Positions 54,901-64,000 of a DNA stretch of 64,000 bases are shown piece after piece. The translations under genes and the position numbers were made by a program. Origin of the DNA: Ruditapes philippinarum (taxonomy: Eukaryota); assembly GCF_026571515.1 (NCBI RefSeq), contig NW_026852746.1:62001-126000 (forward strand), read 5' to 3'. Under the pieces are notes generated by a model. The model made no database searches. It had not been told where the DNA came from and saw only the letters and a program-made list of their open reading frames with translations. Position 1 is the stretch's first letter. Each line of letters begins with the position of its first letter.

Positions 54901-57859
54901 TCCATGCTGTTAGCTATCGGTTTCTACACTGGTTATAGAGTTTGTAAGCGAACAGCATGGATCCTGATCAGACTGTGCGGACGCGCAGGCTGGTCTGGAT
55001 CCATGCGGGTCGCAAACCCATTATGTTGGTTTTGTCGTGACACGGCTCATATATGTATACAACATGAAAGATAGATATTTATGAAATGTAATAAGTCCGT
55101 TACTACGTGGACATTTACTGGCCTGATAATCCTTATATGTAGTTTAAAGTGACATAATGGTCATATTTTCATTGTCAAGTTTAGGTGAATTTACTTTATA
55201 TTTCAAAATAATGACTGTTATAATGGTGATTAAGTCCTAACAGTTGAGACTGGAAAATGTTTAGGACAAAATATAAATCTACCTTAAGGATAAAAAGACT
55301 GCCCCACTCTTTTTATAAATTGAACATTGTGTAATAGTTATAGTACATGAAACGAGTTAGTTACGAGGGTATAACACTGGCTGGGCGACATCAAGGGTGT
55401 TTCTGCTAAAAAAAATGGCGAGGCCGTTAGGCCGAGACAATTTTTTTTGCAGAAACATCCCGAGATGTCGCCCCAGTCAGTGTTATACCCCCGTAACTAA
55501 CGAGTTTCATATACTATAACTGTTTTATCGCAATGGCATAATGTTTTCTTTTTTTGTAATAGAAACAAATAAATAAATTAATCGTTAGCTACATTACAGT
55601 TATTTATCATAAGGCAGTTTTTCCTGTTGTTTTCGCTGCCACAAAAGACATCCAATATAAGAGGCGGATTGTGTATACTGTTACCAAAATTGATTTAAGA
55701 TTCGGTGGAAATAATTCATTCAGCGGATGTACCTTTCAAGGCTTTTGATTAAATGAGGGTATTCATTTCATTTTTNNNNNNNNNNNNNNNNNNNNNNNNN
55801 NNNNNNNNNNNNNNNNNNNNNNNNNNNNNNNNNNNNNNNNNNNNNNNNNNNNNNNNNNNNNNNNNNNNNNNNNNNNNNNNNNNNNNNNNNNNNNNNNNNN
55901 NNNNNNNNNNNNNNNNNNNNNNNNNCACTGCCCCATTGGAGCCTCCATGAAAAAACTGCATTGATATATATAAGGTGCGAAAAAAAAACTCGACCGATAT
56001 ATAACAGTCGAGTTTTTTCCTATATGAATCAATGAAAAAACTGTACTGTTATATATCATTACAGTTTTGGAATACTCATTGAAGTGTACTAAGTATAATG
56101 GGTTATAAGAACAAAGGAAAAGTTCCAAACCATGCGATAAATAGATAATTTCATATGGATATTTATAGAAAATTACTTGTGCCGTGTGAGTTATTTATCG
56201 TCCCTGCAAATTAAATTATAAAATTGAAAGCAATAATGACAAAATATAAACTTATTTTGATTTTCACCTGTTCACTCACTGTATACCTTTGGATTGACAA
56301 AATGTCACTTTAAAGGGGATTGGTCTACCTACAATGGGCACACACATTTTCTCTAAGTTTTGTTTGTTTCATATTACGCCTTATTCCAACATTATTTCAT
56401 TCATATAGGCGGGTAGTTTCCTAACCATCGTTCCTGGAGTGTTACACAAGTACTAGAATACCTTCCTCTGCGCTAAACTACCGGGGATCGAACCAATGCC
56501 AGAGAGGTAACTTGATTAGAAGTCATCGACTCTAACCCCTCGACCACGGAGTATTCAAATATTGAAAAAAGGAAGAAATATATAACTTGGATCTTTGAAT
56601 AAAATATTTATTGGAGAAAAAATGTTGAAAGAGTTCTAAGTGGTTTAATTAGTATGAGTCTGTATCAAGATACAGATATATAATATGTTCTACCATCTAT
56701 ATATAGACATGACTGTGTCACACACATTTCATATAATTATGCTTTGTTCTCACGTATTATGCTATATATATAATCAACATTTATGATTGTAGTATCATAT
56801 ACTTTCCTCTATGGACCGATTCACTTTAAAGATATTATATCTAGAATAAAATGAAATTATTGTTGTTTCCCCTCCCGCTACCTATCTACCTTCTTTTACT
56901 AAACATGGAAACAGGGTTAACTATACAACACATTGAACAGGGGATTAGTTAGTTTATTCAGAATTTAATTTAGTTTGATTGTGTAGCGAGTTACATGTAT
57001 TAGTTTAAAAACACACTCTCACATTCGTTTCTGGGACCAACCAGTACTGAGAAATGAGTGTAAAGTTTCATGCTCAAGCAAACATGGACTTGATACTGGT
57101 GGGGTTTGAACCCATCCGGTTAGCGATTCTTAGAACGAGATAACCTCTTGGCCATGCCATGCTGCCACAGGGGATCAGTTGATCTTAGAATAGTGTTGTC
57201 ATAGACTAATAAAGTTGTATCCTTAGTTTAATCAGCGTCTGACATAACCAGTTCTTTGAAATAATTGTGTATATATTAATCTACTGTTAACATATGCGAC
57301 TTTTCAAAAGTTAAGACTTTAACGATGGTTACGCCACTCATGACCCAACTTCTATAATATCGTCACCAACACGAGAAATGAACACGGACGAAGTTAGGTC
57401 CTTTTCGTGAGCCGCATAAATAAAAGTCATTAAGGCATTTAACGACATCTTTTGGAAAAATCCAAACACTTACTCGTACCCATGGTAAAATTAAATCTAA
57501 TGACGAAATCTAAATGACCAGACATAAGATTTAGACATAAAATAAATTTAAACGTCTTACGGTAAAACAAATTGAACATACACATGTGTGTACAGTGTAC
57601 ATAATGCACAATCATTACATTTTGTCCTTGAACCGTGTAATCTGAAAAGAAACGGTTTATAATAGAACATAAAATATTAATTGAATAGTAATTATTAAAA
57701 CGCACGACTTACGTTTTCAAAATATTCCTTTACTTTCTCGTACGGCAAATGTCCTGGCTTTTTTAACGTCGGCTGCGGCGGCATGGTTGTAAACACCTCG
57801 GGATATCCGATCCCTTTAAACCCAGGATATTTGGCTGACTCCTGTTCAACTGTTGTCAT
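45924..57859 (-). CDS. Phytanoyl-CoA dioxygenase (PhyH) family Fe(II)/2-oxoglutarate dioxygenase, 9 exons, 369 aa
   Basis: Exons (minus strand): 57713-57859, 54252-54369, 53893-53993, 53269-53410, 52939-53033, 49110-49209, 48649-48733, 46759-46957, 45924-46046. They total 1110 nt, are phase-consistent and use GT-AG. Motifs: YFENGFTVVEGFF, VPWHQD (HxD), TAWVSFVDATPENGCMQ, GGVIFFNNMVPHKS (distal His), PNRSDHIR (2OG-binding Arg). Confidence 0.93.
50154..52279. mobile_element. ~2.1-kb non-autonomous CACTA/EnSpm-like element in PhyH intron 5
   Basis: Ends cagcaggcactcgacgttgtttcaacgtt / aacgttgaaacaacgttgatgtgcctgctggg (CCCAG-type terminus), with arrays of the palindrome caacgttg at both subtermini. 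It interrupts a SINE. Confidence 0.75.
52280..52410 (-). mobile_element. tRNA-SINE, 5' part; 3' part at ~50090-50130
   Basis: The minus strand has the B-box ggttcgaatcc and resembles 7744-7935; the aggtcatatagcgactttcca tail lies on the other side of the CACTA-like element. Confidence 0.65.
54403..54782. mobile_element. Kolobok-like MITE
   Basis: ttaa|aggcccattatgccccagaa ... ttctgagacaaaatgtgcct|ttaa; strongly similar to 33490-33854. Confidence 0.85.
54842..55049. mobile_element. Foldback MITE family A (internal deletion in the left arm)
   Basis: tgagccgtgtcac...gtgacacggctca. Confidence 0.88.
55334..55522. mobile_element. Foldback repeat family B; partial copies at ~140-272 and ~10510-10630
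   Basis: Arms agttatagtacatgaaacgagttagttacgagggtataacactggctgggcgacatc / gatgtcgccccagtcagtgttatacccccgtaactaacgagtttcatatactataact. Confidence 0.8.
57020..57160 (-). mobile_element. CORE-like tRNA-SINE fragment
   Basis: gtaaagtttcatgctcaagca core-like string and B-box ggttcaaaccc on the minus strand. Confidence 0.5.
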
Positions 57860-59385
57860 GGTAGATTTTTTTTTTTAAAACTGAGCAAAATGACTGATTA
57901 TCTTTCAATATTACACTAGCTCGGGTAAATCTTCAATTGTTTTAAACAAAACTCTTCCCCGTACGCTGATAAAAATTATCTTGGCTTGGCAAATTGATAT
58001 CGGTTAAACAAATAAAATAACCTACTTTATTGTAAAGGTTAATTGACCACTGTGCATTGGCGGAGTAAAGTACAGTCAAACTTCGTTCCCTAGATCTCTG
58101 TATATACAATTGTTAAAGCAGTAAGTTTACCTGGTTCCCGGCATGTACTACATAGTGCTCATGTTAAGCAATGAAAAGTTCTCAGACCATGCCAAATCAT
58201 CATTTATTTCTGATATACCTCTATGTGAAATACTACTCAAAATTATTTAACAACAAAAGTCCATGGTCGCTCAGTTACATTTGCTTTCTTCGTTCAAATT
58301 AATTGTAACAACAGTACATTGTATACTTTAACCACGGATCTATATACTAGTACATTTGGAAAATGTATTTACATAACTGATTACCCATCGCATTTTTTTA
58401 CATTTTATCTGCCTGTTAAATATTTATCTAAATTTGCCTCCCAAATACTAATTAAAATTGTATTGCTCTAAAGACTTAATATTTTCCGGACGCTATATAT
58501 ATAGATACCTTCATTAAAACTATACTTATCAAATGTTTAAAGAGTTCTTGTATAAAATTAACACATGTCTCTCAGGGTAATAGTGCATATACGCAACCCG
58601 AGAACTGAATAACACCCGAGGTGAACATTCGTAAGTTTTTTATTATAACGAAACAACATTTTGTTGTATTTTTCACCGCTCCGAGAGCCATATATAAGGG
58701 GAGAGAACTAGAACATCACGTTTTTTAAGTCCATATAGATTACTTGTCCCTGGTAATACGAGATATGTTACGTCGTCTTTCATTAGGCTATAAAGTAAAA
58801 TAAAATGTATACTTTGGGTATAATAATAATTATTATCACCCCTCACTTTTTGTAATGTTAATTTTCCATAGTCCAACATGAGTTATTCTTACTGTTAATG
58901 AAAGTGTATTACCAGCTGGTGGTTTGGAGTTTCTGGTGTATATAATATTTATATATAGGAACAAAAAAATAACAAAACACCACAACATTACACATGTATG
59001 CTAATGACAATCTTTATTAATACCTCATTACATCAACTAAGTCTTTTAAAAAACGTTTCTATGGTAACAAACAGTTTTGACATTCTCCAAACGAATTATG
59101 AAAATGATAAATAATATTTTGTTTTACAAAATGATATGTTTAAAACATGTATGAAATGATAATAAAACTACGGGGAACGTAAATAATATATAAATGTTTC
59201 AAGCATTATCTTCCTCTAAATCATAAAGATGCTAAATTAAATTATTTCTTAAACACAGTGATAATTTTTCTAAACTATTTAATGCAGTTTATATGAAGCA
59301 CCATACTATACAATGATAATTTAGGTTACTAATATTATGTATGTATTGTTCATTTCTGTTCTAGCAATTTGTCGTCTGCTGCAAA

Positions 59386-61620
59386 TTATCCTATAGCTAA
59401 AGCTGAAACGTTGGTACCACAAGGGGGCGGGGCCGAGTAGTCGTAGTCGCACACGCCCTGATTTACATTGTAGACTAAATCTGAAAAAATATGTTAGATC
59501 AAGAATAAATCAATTATGAGCGTTTTTATATATCGGACTTGTATTTTTTCAATCATAAATTCATAAGGTTGAACTAGTGAAATAATGAATTCATGAAGTT
59601 GAATTAGTGAAAAAGTTAACTCGCGAAGTTAAAATTTGAATTCGTACAGTTGAAATCATGAATTAATAACCTAAGACCTGTCCTGAGCATGAAGTCGTTA
59701 AGTAATTGCTCGGAAAACATTTTAATCTCTAATCAGCCTTATAGATATATTTATATGTAAAAATGAAATATTTCTTTTCTCAAATTTAATAACCGTTTGC
59801 TAGTTTAGTTAACATAGTAAATATAGAAAAAAAATCCAAAATCTACCAATGTTTAAGTTGAAAACATGATTTCATTGTAATGAATTCACATTTTTAACTT
59901 CACGTTTTCACAATTTGAAAATGCATGACTTTACGCTTCAAATTTAATGATTTCACGATTCATTTAGTTGAAGCCACGAATTCATAAATTTTGAACTCGC
60001 ACTTTCGTGACGGTGATATCGTTAATACATGAAATTGATATTGTGAATTCATGAATTTTGTGAATTCATTGAGTTGAGATTGTAAAATTCATAAAGTTAT
60101 ATTTGCTCATTCATGAAGTTATATTAGCGCAACCATGAAGTTATATTGGCGCAACCATGAAGTTATATTGGCGCAACCATGAAGTTATATTGGTGCATTT
60201 ATACATATAACACACAGGAATATAGACTCGGATTATGTTATCTTTATTGTCGAAGAATCGAAAATACTAGTAACAAAAAAAATAATATCGTGTTTTCGAC
60301 ATTCGTTTGTTCATACAAATAAAATCCATGGTAAAAGTATTCACGATATGAAAAGAGTCCTAGTCCTATCACCTCTACATATCATGTAAGAAATGTAACT
60401 AGGCAACGACTGTATTTTTCTGTTATCTGTTTATAAATATAGACATAGATTATACGAACCCTTCCCAGCTAATCTTATATAATATTAATCTCATATAATA
60501 TAATCTCATATAATATAATCTCCTATAATATAATCTCATATAATATAATCTCATATAATATAATCTCTTATAATATAATCTCATATAATATAATCTCATA
60601 TAATATAATCTCATATAATTAATATAATCTCATATAATATAATATAATATACGGTAATAAGTATGTTTTGGATAAGTTGGTAACGGCAGAATATATATGT
60701 AAACTATTAGACAAAACTATAAACTTTATTAAATATAGTTTTTAACTTAATATACATTGCATATAGAGTACACGGTCATAGCATGGATTTTAGTTAGGTT
60801 CTTGCTAAGAGGTCGAATTCACAGGTTGACCCGTGTTCTATAAGGGCTACTCACCGCAGGACAAAGAAATGAGAAGAACATCCGTAAAACACAAAAGAAA
60901 GATTTGCATTTCAATCAACCGTCTGAAAACCCTCCTCTTATCCGTAACACTCTCCGTCCTACCACAAGCGGGGGAACATCCCATTTGCTGCAAACTATAT
61001 GTGGGAAAACGTGGATATGTAAGAATAGATTTAAGCTATACAATGGATATATTATCTAAATTAAATAAATTAAAGTGCAACTTATCCTTTATCTCCTCTT
61101 GATATCCTTCTTTTAAGATCTGAACAATAATCAAGAATAATGCATAATGCAAGAAGAATTTAAATTGGAAATACAGCAAAAGTATGAAAAAAGGCTATCA
61201 TCAAATGAAATGCTTACATCGACAAAAGACAACATGCAAATGTTCCATTCATTCTTTACATTTAATCGTTGATATTTCAGATTACTATTCTTCATTGAGG
61301 TGTCCATGTGTTGTGGATTACTATTATCTTTTTTAAAAGAAACCAAACCAAATATAAATTATTAAGTATGGAAATATCCTGACTGCCACCCACTGAAATC
61401 GTAGTGGTTAGTGCAACTTCAGACAAATATCATTTTAGAAATGGCCTAATTACAAAGTTAGGGTATTTTTACCTTTCACATTGTTTAGTTTTTGTATTGA
61501 AAGCCTGTCCAAACTCACAGTTAACAATCTCCTCCCTGCCATTAATACATATAGAATAAGCCCGGCAGTTAGCTTCATACACACCGTCTGGTTTATCCAC
61601 GCAAATTTCACTCAAGCATA
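59386..61620 (-). CDS. 3' exons of a small chitin-binding type-2 (CBM14/peritrophin-A) protein gene; middle exon frameshifted as assembled
   Basis: Exon 61473-61620 reads CLSEICVDKPDGVYEANCRAYSICINGREEIVNCEFGQAFNTKTKQCE. Exon 60855-60987 starts KWDVPP and then loses frame. The last exon, 59386-59480, reads LVYNVNQGVCDYDYSAPPPCGTNVSALAIG*. I did not identify the signal-peptide exon in the window. Confidence 0.75.
60110..60195. repeat. 22-bp tandem repeat (catgaagttatattggcgcaac), about 4 units
   Basis: Direct reading. Confidence 0.85.
60475..60650. repeat. 15-bp tandem repeat (atataatataatctc)n
   Basis: About 10 near-identical units. Confidence 0.92.
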
Positions 61621-61684
61621 CTGAAATAAAGAAACATGATACAGTGGTATATTAAAACTGTGACATCTCATAAACGGCTATATA

Positions 61685-62743
61685 TACGGTGGCACAAAGA
61701 TGACATGTGTGTGTTTTTATTTATCTCGTGGCCACGAGATACTATGTCGTGGCCACGAGTTACTAAGTCGTGTCCACGAAGATAGCTCAGTCCGTCGGCC
61801 GACGAAGTTATCTAACGTCGTGGCCAACGAGTTAGCCTCAAGTCTCGTGGCCCGACGACCGTTATTCTAGCTGCTCGTGCCACGACGTTCTAAGTCGTTG
61901 CCACAACTACAGCCCCGGCACACCAACTAATTGCACAGACCACTCACCGGGCCACGAGACTAGTCGGCCCACCAAGATACTACACCCAGCCGAAAAGCAT
62001 TTTAACAAGACGGACTGTCAATAACTTACACTTTAGAGTCCACAGCTGAACCCTGATTTGACCACAATACACCTCTCAACCACATTCATTAGTTGTCTTG
62101 CTACTGACTAGGCTTCAACTGACTTTCTGGGTTACCCCCCCACTTACCACATGCCGCTTATTTTTCTACATTATCATCAGACAAGGATTTTACCTTATAG
62201 GCTATTTACTGTCCATGGGCAATGTCCCTTACAAATAAAATAAAACATAAATTATTCCTTCTCATGTTATCGTATAAACAAGGTTAACAGGCCGTTGTAC
62301 GTACAAACTGACCAATTCGATCACAAACTTGCCCAATAAAGAGCTATAGTCAAAATTAATATCTGATGGACATTGGAAGGTGACTTTCTGATATGATCTT
62401 AAAGACAAGTGCAAAGTGAATATCTTCAGTATTTTCAAAGATTGAATGTAATGGTAAGTTGTTAAGTTAAAAAATTCATAATATATATAGTGTATTTTGA
62501 TTGGTTAATTATCTCGTGGTAAGTCGTGGCCACGACATAGTATCTCGTGGCCACGGCTTAGTAACTCGTGGCCACGACATATCTCGTGGCCACGACTTAG
62601 CTATCTCGTGGCCACGACTTTGTAACTCGTGGCCACGACATAGTATCTCGTGGCCACGACTTAGCTATCTCGTGGCCACGACATAGTAACTCGTGACCAC
62701 GAGATAAATAAAAACACACACATGTCACCTTTGTGCCACCGTA
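61685..62743. mobile_element. TIR element carrying subterminal ctcgtggccacgac minisatellite arrays
   Basis: tacggtggcacaaagatgacatgtgtgtgtttttatttatctcgtg at the left end is the near-exact reverse complement of the right end; it sits in TA-rich context. The left array degrades into garbled sequence. Confidence 0.8.
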
Positions 62744-63329
62744 TATATATGTACTTTTTGGTAAACAAAAAAGAACGATATTCGTCTACAAAATTTAAAT
62801 AGTTGAATGGAGTTTCAATATATAACTTTTCATTTCCACATGCCATAACTACGGTGTTCCGATTGGACAATCGTGATTTTTTATTTAGTCTGTACCCGCG
62901 ATGCATGATGGTACGATGATGAAAACACGATGAAGATTTTTTTTTAAAGAAATACGGATTTCAGAGGCATAAAGTGCCTTTAAGAAATGTGGAAAATGAA
63001 GTGAAATCTCGCTTTGTCGTACGTTTGTCGATGACAACTTCGAAGTCAAAATACCGTATCAATGAGTTTTCATTTTTCGATAACACATATGATTCACTTT
63101 CCACATCCGTGTAATCGGTATTTGCAAACATACATCAAAAAGCTATTAGCAATTACGTGCATCCGAAACGTAATACTGAAATCCAACCCTTACGTGAATA
63201 AAAGTAATAAATCTCACTAAAAAAGGAATTTTTAAATAAAATCATAGCAAATAAGCCATAAAATAGACCCAAAATATATTCTTCTTCAGAAGATATTTCT
63301 CAGAAGACTCGCAAATCCCCAGAAATTAA

Positions 63330-63830
63330 CATAAGATTTCCAATTTTAAAAAGTCATCCAATTATCCTGAAATTGTCAAAATTCAAAAATAGAATATGAA
63401 GATTTTTATAGAAATTTACACGAACGGTTCAAAGGATGGTTGCAAAGTAGGTGCAGCCCACTTTAGAAATCATTTTTGCATCTGGACTATCATCAATTAA
63501 AAATCGAATGTCCGATAATATTATCACTAAGAAACTCCTTTTGCGTTTTCTTGGTACTTTTCAAAAAACTAAGTCAGTAAAATTATGTTAGATTCCAAGC
63601 CACGTAGGAATACGAGGAAATGTAAAACGTTAGATGTTTTGGTTGAAAAATCCTTAATTTCTCAGCCAGTAAATTGATCGTTACCAAAAAAGTGATTTTA
63701 AGCCCTCCATAAGTTTACTTATTTCTTCTGACTAGCAATCTAATTAGGACAAAGCTGTCTTCATAAAACACCATCTCTATCTCTCCTTAAGCGTCATGAT
63801 CAAGTTGTTCTTACATGAAGAACTCGACAT
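63330..63830 (+). mobile_element. Decayed non-LTR retrotransposon RNase H fragment (I-group-like LINE)
   Basis: Translates with breaks to IEIYTNGSKDGCKVGAA (YTDGS motif) at ~63408-63460 and *IPSHVGIRGN (WIPSHVGIxGN motif) at ~63588-63621. Confidence 0.75.
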
Positions 63831-64000
63831 TCTAGTTACATAGAATTATTCTGAATATCTCTTTATTTCATGGGGTGTGTGTCCGTCCGTTCCTGCCCAG
63901 AAATATGTCGTGAATATTGGTCTCCATGTTATGAGTTCTAATGTCATACTATTTTGCTTAGTTAGCAAGTATTTGTTACAGACTATCGCTAAAAGGTAAT

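Noticed and set aside
25271-57859. Horizontally acquired bacterial operon (NIT sensor plus dioxygenase)
   Set aside because: Both genes are rich in spliceosomal introns, convergently oriented, and belong to families already present in invertebrates.

Overview
This is AT-rich, intron-containing animal DNA, most likely a bivalve mollusc judging by the SINE/MITE and gene families; it is not prokaryotic, and most ORF-track entries are spurious. I rebuilt the gene models by hand from GT-AG boundaries and phases. (1) A local tandem duplication (<=1-5365 vs ~10370-16636) carries an intronless orphan type-I membrane protein gene: an intact copy at 14376-16106 (-) and a multiply disabled copy at 3106-4845 (-). 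(2) A complete 15-exon, 688-aa NIT-domain (nitrate/nitrite-sensing) two-TM guanylyl cyclase gene lies at 25271-44393 (+), and its cyclase active site is partly degenerate. (3) A complete 9-exon, 369-aa PhyH-family Fe(II)/2-oxoglutarate dioxygenase gene lies at 45924-57859 (-). (4) The 3' exons of a small chitin-binding (CBM14/peritrophin-A) gene lie at 59386-61620 (-). (5) There are many non-autonomous DNA elements (TTAA-flanked Kolobok/piggyBac-like, TA-flanked, CACTA-like, foldback MITEs), tRNA-SINEs, minisatellites, a decayed LINE RNase H fragment and four N gaps. The best leads are the NIT-GC with a half active site, an apparently spliced non-coding unit inside a CACTA-like element antisense to the PhyH gene, and the orphan receptor with ITIM-like motifs and its dead twin.
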